A DNA stretch of 64,000 bases from Tubulanus polymorphus (Eukaryota; Animalia; Nemertea). Below the pieces are notes generated by a model that was not told the origin of the DNA, did not search any database, and worked only from the letters and a program-made list of their open reading frames with translations. Positions 1 through 13,100 of the stretch are shown piece by piece; the stretch's first letter is position 1, and every line of letters begins with the position of its first letter. The stretch covers positions 10,242,962 through 10,306,961 of the forward strand of contig NC_134034.1 of NCBI RefSeq assembly GCF_964204645.1, written 5' to 3'. The translations under genes were made by a program, and so were the position numbers.

Positions 1-1635
1 GGATCGAAACGGCTGGAATAGAACTGGTGGCGAGCTAGTTACTGCCGCAGACGTGTCGATCCCTGATATACGCGAGGAGATCGTCTACAAGAACTGCGCG
101 GCGTTTTACGTCGAAGGAGCTAGTGAAAATATCCTGCCGCTGCTGAGGGAGGCAGAAACGGCCGCGCGGAGACCGCAGCGCTCGGCTGAGAAATATTTGA
201 AAATGACTTGTGATTGCGATGCGTTTAGACGCAAAAGGAAGTATATTTTACACCCGCTGACAGAAACTGAACACCAGTTCCCGATCGCGTTCAGTATACT
301 TATCTATGCAGACCTGGAACGTTTTGAACGCCTGCTCAGAATGATCTACCGACCTCAGAATTACTATTGCGTGCACGTCGACGCGAAATCGTCTGCCGAG
401 TTCATGGCAGCCGTCACGGGTATTAGCAACTGTTTCCCGAACGTGTTTCTATCGCCGGAACGTTACGACGTTGTGTGGGGTGTGAGCGTACTGCAGCCGG
501 AAATAAGCTGTATGAAACAATTGCTTATAATGGGTAAATCGTGGAAATACTTTATCAATCTCACCGGCCAGGAGGCTCCGCTGAAAACGAATTTTGAACT
601 GGTCAATATTCTGAAAACGTACAACGGAGCCAACGACGTTGAGAAACTGATATCTAGGTAAACACTTATTCATGAATTGTACGTATCAGAGGCGAATCTT
701 AAATAGAGCGTCTGATTCGGGGAGGGGTGCACCTTAAAATAGGGCGTATCATAATCATATTAATAGGTTTTATAGTTTATATAGTTTTTATATAGTTTTT
801 CAGCTATTTTAAGTTTAATATTTTTCCTTTCCCCGCGAGATTTCAGGGCAAGTTGACATTACTGGGGGCAAGGTTCGGTACCCCTGCACCCTCCTCATAA
901 TTTGAGTTAATGTTCGGAAGGGCTGACTTAAAAGTATTCCTGTTATCTATAGTTTCAAAGTTTTCTTTTCACAGAAATGCCCCGGAACGTTATGCCGAGC
1001 GCATGAAGGAACTCCCACTACCGGAGGGCGTTAGGGTTGTGAAAGGCGCAGTGCACGTGGTCTTGTCGAGGGGATTCGTCGAGTTCACCACGCATGCGCC
1101 GGTCGCCAAGTACTTATATAACTGGTTCAGCGAGAAGGCGTTACCGGACGAGTATTTTTTCGCTACATTGAGTCATAATCCACAGCTTGGAGCGCCCGGG
1201 GCTTACACTGGCAAGTATACAAAAAATACCCTGGCTGGGCTCTCGTCTGGTCATAGCTTACATGGTGACCTACGACTTACCGGTTTGCTAACTAACTGCA
1301 TAATTTTCTCTTCCTCAGGTAAAGTCAACGAGACCGACCCGGTGAAGTTACCATTTCTGGCGAGATTGAAATACTGGAAAAATGAAAACCCATGCTCTGC
1401 GGGTTTCTGGCGGAAAGAAATATGCATTCTTACGGCCGGAGAGCTGCCGACACTTTCTCGCCGTCCGGAACTGTTCGCCAATAAATTCTTCTGGAATTTT
1501 TCGCCGGTTGGATTCGACTGTCTGGAAGAGTTGTATTTCAATCGGACACGCGAACAGTTCGCGAAGGGTCTATCGGCTAGTTCGATCGATTTGTCCTACT
1601 ATAAGTCGTTAGATTACGTGTCCAATCACGTTTAA
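1..1635 (+). CDS. Core-2/I-branching beta-1,6-N-acetylglucosaminyltransferase (GT14, GCNT-like), 5' end outside window
   Basis: Frame open from base 2. Motifs FPIAFSIL, LLRMIYRPQNYYCVHVDAKS, WKYFINLTGQE.PLKTN, PDEYFFATL, LFANKF. Exons <1-657, 975-1210, 1319-1635 (GT-AG intron 658-974; probable GC-AG intron 1211-1318). Confidence 0.9.
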
Positions 1636-1933
1636 GGCGGTTTCATCGATGATCCGCTAGGTAGTGTACGGTCGAAAATACATTCCGCAGTCGCCTGTCC
1701 CAAACGATAGGCATCGTACTTCACTCGTTGCTGCAATTGCCGAGTGTTTCAGGATTTAATTGGATCCGTCCGCGTATAGAATCTACTCGTGGCGATATAT
1801 GTGAATTACCATCTTCCAAATGAATACAAGCGAAAAGATGCAGCGGGACTTTTTTGACGACTTCTGATATTTCCAATACGAGAATCCGTCCACAATTTCA
1901 ATGATTTCATAATGGATATAGCGAATTAATCAT

Positions 1934-2043
1934 GAACAGATTTTCCGGTGCCCTGAAGTTCGTTATAACGAGGTTCCGCTGTATATAGAACTATCGTTTG
2001 TAAGGAACTTAATTTTCCGGTTCGTTGTGGCGAGGTTCCACTG
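1934..2043 (+). repeat. Two units of a pogo/Tigger-like MITE end (..GAAGTTCGTTATAACGAGGTTCC(A/G)CTG-TA), same family as 32376-32585 and the 69-bp satellite
   Basis: Direct similarity among copies. The reverse complement reads TA-CAGTGGAACCTCG, a Tc1/mariner-pogo-style terminus. Confidence 0.55.
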
Positions 2044-2696
2044 CTAAAAGATTCAATCGCTATATTAGTGCAAGGTGACGAGCGGGTTCGAGTCCAGCTT
2101 TCTGCTTACACTTAATCACCGTCCCGTCCTTTCCCATCCGATATGGCTAGTCTCAATATGAAATCAAGATCCGAGAAACGTAAACCTTTCGACACAGATA
2201 AGCTATAACGAAACAACAAAAATGAACTAGCTGATAACTTTTAATATCCCTCATCGAAAACTGACTGCTGATAAGACATGATTTCATACTTTCGGACGCA
2301 ACAATTCATGCAAAATTCTAGAAAAATAATGGAACATCTATAACTGATACTCCGTGACCAGTTTGAACGAGACAGTTTTCAAAACCAATCGTAAACGACA
2401 AAAATACCCCCGGTACCCCGTTCCCCCGGACGAAATCCCACGAGGTATAAATCCCCGCTGATAACAGTCACCCCAAATTTGATTTCGCAACAAAATTCAA
2501 CAGGATATTTCAATATTCTCATGTTGAAAAACGGATTTCAAAAAATACTCCGTGATGTATGCATCATTATTTTCATTATCATTTAATAATAATCAAATAA
2601 ACAATGATTATATGATTATTATTATCATTATCATCATTATTATCATTAATATTATTAGAAAACTGAACCTGGGGGATTTTTAAATGATTTTAGATC

Positions 2697-2872
2697 AAAC
2701 GTGGTGAGCGGATAATAAGATAAAAACCCACTATCTACAGATTAAAAGAATTTTGATCTCACAAACGTCGAAAAACGTCTAAGTTCGAAACGTCGTGTAA
2801 TTTATATATTTTAGATTGAATGAATAAATTCTTGTTTTTGAATTCTTTTAATCTGTAGATAGTGGGTTTTTT
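2697..2872. mobile_element. Penelope-like terminal-repeat fragment in inverted configuration
   Basis: AAAAACCCACTATCTACAGATTAAAAGAATT recurs as its reverse complement at about 2840-2870. Same family at 51592-51740 and probably 60146-60260, with CTGACGA..CGAAAC motif. Family assignment is inference. Confidence 0.4.
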
Positions 2873-3499
2873 TAAAAATGTTTTTAAGCACTATATTAAC
2901 CAGATAGATGGTGACTAGTTTATTTCAATGTAGAATTCTTGGGTCTCAACTTTTACTTGCAAACAACGATAGATCATGACCTACTTGCGAATGCTTGCGG
3001 GGAAGAGTGAACTGCACCTCATTCTTTTTGATGTTATAGAATTTCGTGAAAAGATTTTTAAATTTGAATTCAAACTTTTATAAACTGTTTTATATATGCG
3101 AACTACCTGCCGAATCTATTTTGACATATTATGTCTCACTTCAAAATAGAATTCGGCGGATAGAATTCGCCATAGCCAAGCTGATGATAAATATATTATA
3201 TATGAATCTCTCGTCTCAAAACATATACTTTGCATAAATCTACTATACTTTTTCGTATTTTTGTTTTTGTTGTTTTTTATACCATTGGAGAGAAAAACTT
3301 ATTTTTTGCCTCTATACGTTTAATGGAAATGGTCGCTGTGGTAATGAACTTGAATGTAGAATTTAAACTTGTCTTAAACTTGTCTGATCTTATCTTATCT
3401 TATCTATGAGTATCCCCGTGTCGTCAATTCCACTTGCGCAAAAGCGTAACGACTCATTTAAATTAAGTTCCACTGTTTTGTCGGATTTAATTATAGTTC

Positions 3500-3710
3500 G
3501 ACAGTTGTGTGGGTTTAATTTGATCCCTAAGGCCGGTTCCAAGATTGTGTGGGTTTAATTTGACCGAACCCAGTTCCACAGTTGATTGCGTTTAATTTGA
3601 CTCTGAACCCAGTTCCACTTTGGCTGTAGATCCAGATTAATTTGACTCTGGATCCAGATCCACAGTTGTGTGGAATTAATTTGACTGTGGATCCATTTCA
3701 AAAGTTGCGT
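3500..3710. repeat. Degenerate 39-bp minisatellite (GGATCCAGTTCCACAGTTGTGTGGGTTTAATTTGACTCT family)
   Basis: About 5 degenerate units. Further clusters at 4140-4262, 13330-13745, 23796-24285, 35390-36470. Confidence 0.8.
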
Positions 3711-3780
3711 CTAATCTAGAAATGATAATATGTGAAAGTGTCTTGGTTTTCGACAAAGCCGAGTTCGTTTTTTTTTATTC

Positions 3781-6185
3781 TTAAAGTTTCCAGTTAATTG
3801 GAGTTTTCCCGTGTTTTTTCAGTTCAGAGTTCACCGAACTGAAACATTTACAATTTTGAAACTTATTGAACGACAACGGCGACGGATGAGCCGTTTTAAT
3901 GACCGAATGTTTCGTCAGGTCGATGAACGAAGCTTTTTTGTGCGCGAACCCGCCCCACAGTAGAAACACAATCGCCGAACAATGATCGTTGATCTTCTTC
4001 AAAACGTCTGTAGTGAATTTCTGCCAGCCGTATTTAGCGTGAGAGTTCGGGGAGTGGGCCCTGAAACAAAAGCGAATCAGTGTCCGGTTAATAAAGTGTA
4101 GTATCGATTTTAGACTTTCTATTTAGCAAGTGTAGCTTAAGACTGGATCCAGTTCCACAGTTGTGACGGTTTAGTTTGACTCTGAATCCAGATCCACAGT
4201 CGTGTAGGTTTAATTTGACTCCGAATCTAGTTCCACATCTGTGTTTTTTATTTGACTGTGGACCTTGTTGTACTTACTCGACTGTTAAAGTAGCGTTCAG
4301 TAGTAAGACCCCTTGGTCGCACCATTTCTCCAAGTTGCCACAATCCGGAGCCTTGAAACCGGGAATGTCGTTGCTCAGTTCTTTGTAGATGTTTTTCAGC
4401 GAAGGCGGCAACGGAGTGAAGGAGTGCGGAACGGAAAATGCTAAACCATGCGCCTGAAAGATGTTCCCACAGGTTTTAATATATAGATTCGACAATCCCG
4501 TGGGTCCGACTCTCCGAGATACACGGAATCTCGGAGCAGGGATGTCGGGTCGTTATCGCAATAATCTGGGGAGGTGGTTCGTACTGATTCATGCGTATAA
4601 GTCTAATGTATACAACTTCTGAAACATCTAACTGCATATTTCTTTAAAATTGAAGAGTTTTGGGCATTTTGTTCAAATTGACCTCTGGGGAATTAAATCG
4701 CATGTTACCCGCAGAATGCTTGAGTTTCAAGCACCTTCAGAAGCTGTTTAGAGGGAGTTTTTAAGGAATCGAGGAATCGTTAGAAACCCTTTCTATAATC
4801 TAGGTTTTCATCCCGTAAGTCTGTTGTAAGTTTTTCATTCCAATTGTGAGTTTTTTCTTCATCAATCGTCAGACAAGACGCGATGCCATATTAGATTCAA
4901 ATCTACGATTACATGGTCGTAGACGAAAGTGGAATAATGCGTGGATGACGAATCTCGGATTAGAAAAAAAATCGTGTCCCATTCGGAAAAGAAAACCGGT
5001 TTGTATATGGCTTTTACCTGGCCGTCGTCGTGGTATGGGTCCTGTCCTAGAATAACAACTTTCAACTGGAATATAGAATTACAATACCCTATTGTTAAAA
5101 AAATGCAAAGAAAATTCGTTTTAGAATCTATAGGCTCTATAGGCGTACACTGTTCTTATGTTCAAGGCAGTTTAATGGTAACAGGCTATATACTAATAGC
5201 AATGGTCCCCAAGAAAAATATACAAATACAATACAATATTGTTGAAAAGGTCAAAGGAAAAAAATCGTTTTAGAATCTATGTACACGTGTAGGGATTCAC
5301 TACTATTCTTATGTTCAAAGCAATTCAATGGTAACAGGCTACACTATAGTAATGGTCCTCAAGAGATGAAATACAAAGGCCATAGAATACCGGTAGTTGG
5401 CATTATTCTATACGCTGTACTCTGGCGTTAGGACTGGCAATATATAGAATGTTTTTTTTTCAAATGGTTTTGCGTAAAAAGTCCACCGATCAAGCTGTGT
5501 ATTAACTTCAGGGATTACGGATAACTAGGCTAAAAACGATACCTCCTTTCTCCTAATGGGCCGGGTCATATTGTAAACTGCGATAGCATTTGTAATAATT
5601 TCATTTCTATAACTGCCGGGTCTGTTATTGTCAGCTTGATCATGATTTTTTTAAAAGTGATGTACAGGGTAGATAGGCGGCCGGCCGGGCCAACTTTTAA
5701 GCTCAGTAGAAATGAGAAACAAGGTATCAATTTGTCATCAAATTATAGCTGGTCATTTTCTTAGTAGAATCGTTCGGAAAATGATCCACTTATATCGGGG
5801 AAAATACGGTTGAAGTCTTAAAGAGGGTAGTACGGTATCGTGACTTCGCCCTACTGGGCTCGCTACACCTATAGGCCTCGAAGGCTAGTCACTCGCACCT
5901 GTTTCAACGGTGTCTTCTGAAAAGCGTTGAATATCATGTCTCGCGGGGGGAAAATCGTTTTCCCCGCTTTGTAATCGCTTTCCAGGTGATTTTCAATTTC
6001 TGACCAATAGTTTTCGCGGAAACAGTCAGCTAGCAGGTTGACCCATCCGTCCTCGGTTAGGTACGACTTCAGATCCATGGATGAAGTTGATTCGGTCGCG
6101 ACTGTCGGTGTTTTCGCTGCTTTTTTCAGCCCGGGTTTTCTCGCCGCCGTTGTTGTTTTTCGCTTTTTGTTTTTGGATACGCCGC
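3781..6185 (-). CDS. UNG: Uracil-DNA glycosylase, family 1
   Basis: Spliced exons 6185-5899 (in-frame ATG at 6078, preceded by open basic stretch [14 protein letters not shown]), 5065-5018 ([10 protein letters not shown]), 4453-4278 ([32 protein letters not shown]), 4060-3781 ([30 protein letters not shown]). All GT-AG and in phase. The true start exon may lie further upstream. Confidence 0.95.
5538..5729. mobile_element. MITE with GATACCTTGTTTCTC...GAGAAACAAGGTATC terminal inverted repeats
   Basis: TIRs visible. A second, better-conserved copy lies at about 38290-38480 with the same internal sequence (GGGTAGATAGGCGGCCG). Confidence 0.7.
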
Positions 6186-7849
6186 CTGAAGAGAGAGTAT
6201 AAACAAGAAAGTAAATCTCTTGCGTAAGTCGGATGCGGTTGAAGATTAATCACCTCGGACGCCAATAGGTCCTAAGTTTTCCTTCCCTTTTTCAAAGAAA
6301 TCTATATTCCAAAGTTGGCCGATTTCTCGAGTCGGGAACTCGCCTATTTCGTGGTACTTTTCTTATTGCCAAAATAAAAACTAAATCAGTTAGAATCACT
6401 CGCCGTGAATCGTATGTCTATAAGTCATCCCGTCGCAGTTTGATGTTTCCCCTGCTCCTGGCTTAAATCGACGATACAAACGTTCGTTTAGATTTCTATC
6501 TGGAGAGCCCCCCCCAAAATCTCGCCTGCCCTGGACGGGGTGGATTTACTATCACGCGTACTAGGCTTGCCGCGATTGGCACGTACATACATACCATCAG
6601 TTTTCCTTTTAGCACAGTCTCGGCTCGGTGCGCCGGTGTGACGACCCATGTTTCGGAATGTAAATTTCGAGCCTGGTTGCCAACAACGCCGTAATCCCTA
6701 AATTGGAAGCTTTATCGAAAAAAAACTCCACTCCAGCCCACATGCAACAGATGCCCTGGATATGAGAAGTCGACCCGTGAAGACACAACACTACCGATCC
6801 TTTTGGTAAGGTGCCAACGTCACACCAAATGCTTTATTCGGCCTGTATAGTAATCTAATATAATATTTTCTATGCGAATAAAGTTTATTGTATTGTATTG
6901 TTGTATTATTTATTCTATTCCCGTGGTTATTTTGCACCCGTGGAGGAGTGTGGCAGCACCACTCTGCGTCTGCCGAGTGATTGAATTCGGCGCGGCCAGG
7001 TCGTGCCATGATAAATTACCCCGAGCTACACGATCGCACGGAGACGATTTGGCACGACGGATCAGGCTCGGCCAAATTTGGCCCGTGCCTACAACAGAGA
7101 GCGCGTTCACACACAAACCACTCACTCGATACTAATCAATGCTTAAACAAAGCGAAGGTCATTTCCGGTGTCGCAAAGTTGCAAATGCTTCTTGCGCTAA
7201 AATTTCGTTGTCCGCCGATTTTGTCTGGCCAAACAGGCTCGGGCCCTGCACACCCGTGTGAATAGTTGTTCCAGCCTGGTCAAATTTGACACGGGACAAC
7301 AATGTTCGTGTGATCGCGGCTAAAGGTTCGATTCTCTCTGGACAGGGTACCAATGCCGGGGCGGGCTCCATAAACCACGGGCCCGCGCCAGAGCGTGTAT
7401 CGAACGGTCAGATTCTAAAATAACATTAACATTTAAGCCCTCCCAGCGCTATTCAATGAAAAATCTATCTTTGATCAAGCGCTGCTGACGGCTCATGCTG
7501 AGGGCTAAAGCGAAGTACACGCCGGTGTCCAAGCGTTACGTGCGCGCATCGATAGACGCCGGCAGTCCAATCGTTCGTGCCTAATTCGCCATCTAGCGGA
7601 ATAGAGTGGCAAGTTGATACGGTAGCCCAACGACGTAAATTCAAGAAAATATAAATTGACATAGAAAGTATGCTAAAAATGACTTAGAAATATTTCGGGT
7701 TGTTATTACCACCTTTCTTCAGTCCAAAATGATACGCCATATGAATTCAGAGTAAATATAGAGGTTAAACATTTATGTTGAATTTGAATTTGGTGGAGCC
7801 AGCTGCGTAATTGCCGTTCAGATTAGCGCCGTTTCGCGCAGGTTAACGC

Positions 7850-7950
7850 CGGAAGTTCCCAGCCCTCAGCTTCTCCAGCGTCCGATACAGCGAGCTTCCT
7901 TCGAGAATTGCAGCCCGAAAACATTCGAGTCGACCAGCGAATCGCCAGCA
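7850..7950 (+). promoter_or_regulatory. Probable promoter and non-coding first exon of the SDR gene (divergent from UNG)
   Basis: CpG-rich segment, ETS-like CCGGAAGT at about 7849, strong donor GTAAGT at 7951. The next acceptor (..GATAG at about 10126) precedes ATG 10176. Confidence 0.45.
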
Positions 7951-9769
7951 GTAAGTCTCGGTAGCGCGCACCGCTTATTTTGCACCGTTTTGCGCAGGAA
8001 TTCGACTCCGAATTTCGGCAGAAAAATCGCTCATTAAATCTGTCGGTTTCTAATCCAAGCAGTTGATTAATTAATCAATGCTACTACTCTACTGTACTCT
8101 CTATCAATATCATCGTCGTGCTGATTAACCGAGACTGACTGAGATAGCCGATAAACTAAGCGTTGATGCAGGCCACCAAAAATGTTGTATAGGCCTACAA
8201 ACCTGAACTCACATGGACCAGCACAAATGCCGGTCAGTTACTAGTTGAGTTAAGCTTAGTCAGTAACCTGTCTGTGGTTTAGTTTCACGATCGGATATTT
8301 TCACAAACCACAGTCAGGAATGGGAAGGTCATTTTTGTATGAAATCTTCGTCAGCCAATTTGACTGACGAGTAATTTGCCTGGCATTTCATTGTCTCTTA
8401 AGATATCTGTCTAATTTTTGTTGTAATCGACGCACAACAGATTCGTAGTTTGTCTGATACCTATAACACCTCACCTGACGATCTTAATCCATGTGCAAAT
8501 CGGCCGTAAAGTGAGAGTAAATTTCCGTCCAGTCAGCAGCTGCCATTTTGAAAATTACTGGAGATGCTGGCACCTGTGGACTGAGGCCAGGACAACAGCA
8601 CAAACTAACGAAGCGAAACGACGAAATTTAAAAAAATTAAGAAATCAACACTTATACACGTTTTTCTTTTACCAGAAATTTATTGTTTCATTATTCGTTA
8701 TGGAAAACACGAAGATTTGAAATACAAGTTGGAAAACCATCAAAAATAAAAATTGTCGTTTCGTCTTGGAAGTTTTATATAAATCCTTGTAGGTCCCCTT
8801 GTCTTATCATGCCACATGTGCAATACAGAGAAATGGCGGCCAATGGCGAAATTTGTGGAGAAATTAATTAATTTCTCAAAATAATGTTGATTAATCACTC
8901 GAAACATACATAAAATTGGATTATTTCGAAAGGTACCTGTGTTAGTTTGTGAATTAAGCCATTAATTGTAGACTGAAGTGAATAGAAAGTATATTTTTGA
9001 AGTGTTACTTTTTTCAACCGTGTTTTGGTCCTTGTCATCCTGGCTAACGTTGGTATAAGCCCATCCGATTATAAAAAGCTTACCACCAACGATTAGGTAA
9101 CTAACTAGTCCTTGTTAGGTCAGGCATGTACTACAAAAGCTAGTCCTCTCTAGCAAACTTGAAATAGACATGGATAGAGCTAATGATAATTCATTGTAGC
9201 TTAGCTTTGTCAATTGCTCCCATGGCATCTCTGTGTACAGGGCCCTTATGACTCAACTTGGTTCCGTGAAAACTACTCAACGATAAATGTTTTTAAATGT
9301 GCTTGAAACTCCTTTGATAAGAGTGAAATGTCAGACAAATTCCTTTAAAAGTTCCTACATTTTTTAAGGCAAATAGATACACTTTAGAAGCTGTACATTA
9401 AAACTAAGCCTGAATCGGAAGTGTTGGAACCGGGATCGTTTTGCTACCCTATTAGGCGGTTACCAAATTAGGACCCAAGTTTATTTAGTGTCAAGGAGGC
9501 CCGTACCAAACACGGGGCAGGGGGATTTCTGAAAATTGTCATTATTGCAAATGTTAATTTCATATATAAGAAACTGCCCTTTTTCAAGTTTCTCTGTTTG
9601 GCCTCAAGTAATGTGATGTAATTTATTTCATCGTCAATTATAATTACAAATGAAATTTATAACAAATAAGTAGATCGATGACGAGGGACCTGAACAGAGC
9701 CTTAAAGGCTGTACAATCGCTAGGACGTTCAGGCCCCCTAGAGAAAAAAAAAAGATTAATGGTAATGAT

Positions 9770-10015
9770 GATTGTTTGAATGAACCGGAACCGAATTTCC
9801 AATAATGTACTTCAATTTAAAAAAAAAAAATTCTGTTAACTCGACCGCCGATCACACAACTATATTTGTACTTTTTCGATTTCAAAATCAAACCCCCTGT
9901 TTCGCTCCCGGCAGGTGTGGTGGGTCTGTAAGGGACACTCAATCAAAAAATCAAACGAAATTTACCTGCGAAATAAATAACAGGGACAATCCCTATTTTA
10001 AGATCAACAATTAGT
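9770..10015 (+). repeat. Dispersed repeat (TTTCGCTCCCGGCAGGTGTGG..AAGGGACACTCAATCAAAAAATC..AGGGACAATCCCT), possibly Helitron-type
   Basis: Copies at 38620-38945 (reverse), 47065-47130 and 47510-47670. Small hairpin AGGGACAATCCCT near one end. Confidence 0.5.
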
Positions 10016-10175
10016 AATGCTAATAATAATAATAATAATAATGATAATAATAATTACTGAGTGTCAGGTATGGACGGCCCTGTATTTCCCGCAACTAACA
10101 AATGTCATCGTATTTTTCGCGATAGGTTCAAATAAACCGCGTTAGAAGAAAACATCAAATCGATCGATCAACAAC

Positions 10176-13100
10176 ATGTCTGGACGCGTTATAATCGTAA
10201 CCGGGGCGAGCAGCGGCATCGGTCAAAAAGCGGCCGAATACCTGTGCGAGCGCGGCGACAACGTCATCCTGGCGTGTCGCAACGCGGAACGCGGCCAGGC
10301 CACCGTCGATCGTATCAAGAAGAAGAATCCGGAAGCCCTCGCTCATTTTATGGAGGTCAGTAGTATTCGCATTGTTAGCCTAACTCAGAGGAAAAGTGAT
10401 AATAATTCTTGAGTTTTTGGGGGTGTTCCCCGCTAGGGTCCCCCACATCCCATTCAATTGGCGATTCGCGACTTTACAATTGAAGGCTTAAAACACCCAC
10501 CCAGCCCTATATATAGCTAATAGTTACTGCTGTTATTATCGTAATTAGCAATTAACGACCTATTATTAACGAGAAAATTATTAATCCTTGTACGTAATTA
10601 GGAGATTAATTATTCTCGATTTGGTTCAGTTTCGACTGGGGATGTTATTGGCCTATTTTAAAAGTGGAACGTGTAACACCAGCTGTGTCACCAGGTGGCG
10701 TTGCTATTAGTTCAATCTTTTGTTCAACGTCGAAGTATCAGTGTTTAAAGTATCTGGAATGAATCAAATTAGCTTAAAAAAAGATTCACCACTAAATTGA
10801 GGGAATTTTGATGAAATGCACATCTATGTTGGATCATTAATCGTGGAATCCACTCATGTGGCAAGCGAGGGTCCACCAGGTGTCGCTTACGATGCGTGAA
10901 GCAACCAGCGATGTCAGATTTATTCTCAGATTCGATTATTAAAATCCAACCACAATTTCTCAAAAATTGATGAAGAAAAATAGCACCGTCTGCGAAAAAT
11001 CATTTGAAAGTTAATCAGGGGTAGATTTAGCACTTTGAAAAGGGGAGAACAAGCGCAAAATGAAGGCGATCGGATGGCGAAGCTGCTCCAGCGCGTTCCA
11101 TCGGCCCTAGACCCCATCATTTAAGTTGATTGGGAAATCTTTCCGACGTCCAGAAAATTTAGGAAAAATAAACGCAATGTGACGAATTGGTGAGCGTATT
11201 TTAGCAATATAATTGAAAGAGAATATTGCGGCGATGATGATTCCGTCCTCCGTAACGTAATTCAAATTTTCAGCTTCCATCCTCCAGCAAACTAGTTTGT
11301 TATATACATTGGCTTGAAAAAGTTTGTTACTCGGCCAGACAGGAGGCTTACGAAAAATTTTCGAAAACAGATTTTCTTAAGGGGTCATTCATTTATAACG
11401 TACGCATTAGGGGAGGGGGAGGGGTCAGTGCAATTGCGTACTGTAATGCTTAATGTATACGAAAAAATGGCCGATTTTGCGTACAGAGGGGGAGGGGGGG
11501 GTTGAAAAATTCAAATTTTATGCGTACGTAATTAATGAATGATCCCTAAGACTTTGCATTGCGATAAAACCGTTTAAATTTGAATCGTATTTTCGATAGT
11601 TGGATCTGGCGAGCGTGGAGTCGATTCGTAAGTTCGTCGAAGCGTTCCACGCGACCGGTAAAAAGTTACACGTTCTCGTCAACAACGCCGGAATGTCGCT
11701 CGGGTTCAAGTCGACGAAACGCGAGACGACGACAGACGGATTCGAAATCACGTTCGGAACTAATCATTTAGGTGAGTGTGAATCGTCGGTCAAACAAGGT
11801 GCGACCACTTTCCAAGAGATGTTATATTTTAATCGGGGAAATTTTGTTGAAGGGTCAGGGAAATATTAGGGGTATTTTGGTCAAATTATTGCGCAACTGC
11901 GAGATATATATTGTTACAATGTAATTTATTTTGTATTTCAAGGTCCGTTCTTGTTGACTAATTTATTGTTGGATGATCTGAAGCAGACGGCTGAGGAGAC
12001 CGGCGACGCGCGCGTTATCATGGTCGCCAGCAGCGCTCACGATAAAGCCACAATGGGTCGTCGATTCCGTAAGTTTGTACTGCGTCGTCCGACTGCGGAG
12101 GATTTTTTTCACCCATTTAGGCGCTTACTGAATTATTAGAAACCAAGTCTAGACCATAGTATGTGCTGAGGATAAAAATCTGATAACAAAACCACCAAAT
12201 TAATGATTTACCGAGATCAGCAGGACTGATTTAGGAGAAGTCTACTGTCATTGGGATGAATGAAAGTGATGCAGACGCTACCACGAAATTTGAAATTTTC
12301 TCCTTAAAAACTCCTTTTTCCAGGAATGACTGATCTATAGGGACCCTGTATATCCAGGAATGACTGATCTGTAGGGACCCTGTATATCCAGGAATGACTG
12401 ATCTGTAGGGACCCTGTATATCCAGGAATGACTGATCTGTAGGGACCCTGTATATCCAGGAATGACTGATCTGTAGGGACCCTGTATATCCAGGAATGGC
12501 TGATCTGTAGGGACCCTGTATATCCAGGAATGGCTGATCTGTAGGGACCCTGTATATCCAGTAATGACTGATCTGTAGGGCCCCTGTATATCCAGTAATG
12601 ACTGATCTGTAGGGACCCTGTATATCCAGGAATGACTGATCTGTAGGGACCCTGTATATCCAGGAATGACTGATCTGTAGGGACCCTGTATATCCAGGAA
12701 TGACTGATCTGTAGGGACCCTGTATATCCAGGAATGACTGATCTGTAGGGACCCTGTATATCCAGGAATGACTGATCTGTAGGGACCCTGTATATCCAGG
12801 AATGGCTGATCTGTAGGGTCCCTGTATATCCAGGAATGGCTGATCTGTAGGGACCCTGTATATCCAGGAATGACTGATCTGTAGGGACCCTGTATATCCA
12901 GGAATGTCTGATCTGTAGGGACCCTGTATATCCAGGAATGACTGATCTGTAGGGACCCTGTATATCCAGGAATGGCTGATCTGTAGGGACCCTGTATATC
13001 CAGTAATGACTGATCTGTAGGGACCCTGTATATCCAGGAATGACTGATCTGTAGGGACCCTGTATATCCAGGAATGTCTGATCTGTAGGGATCCCGTGTT

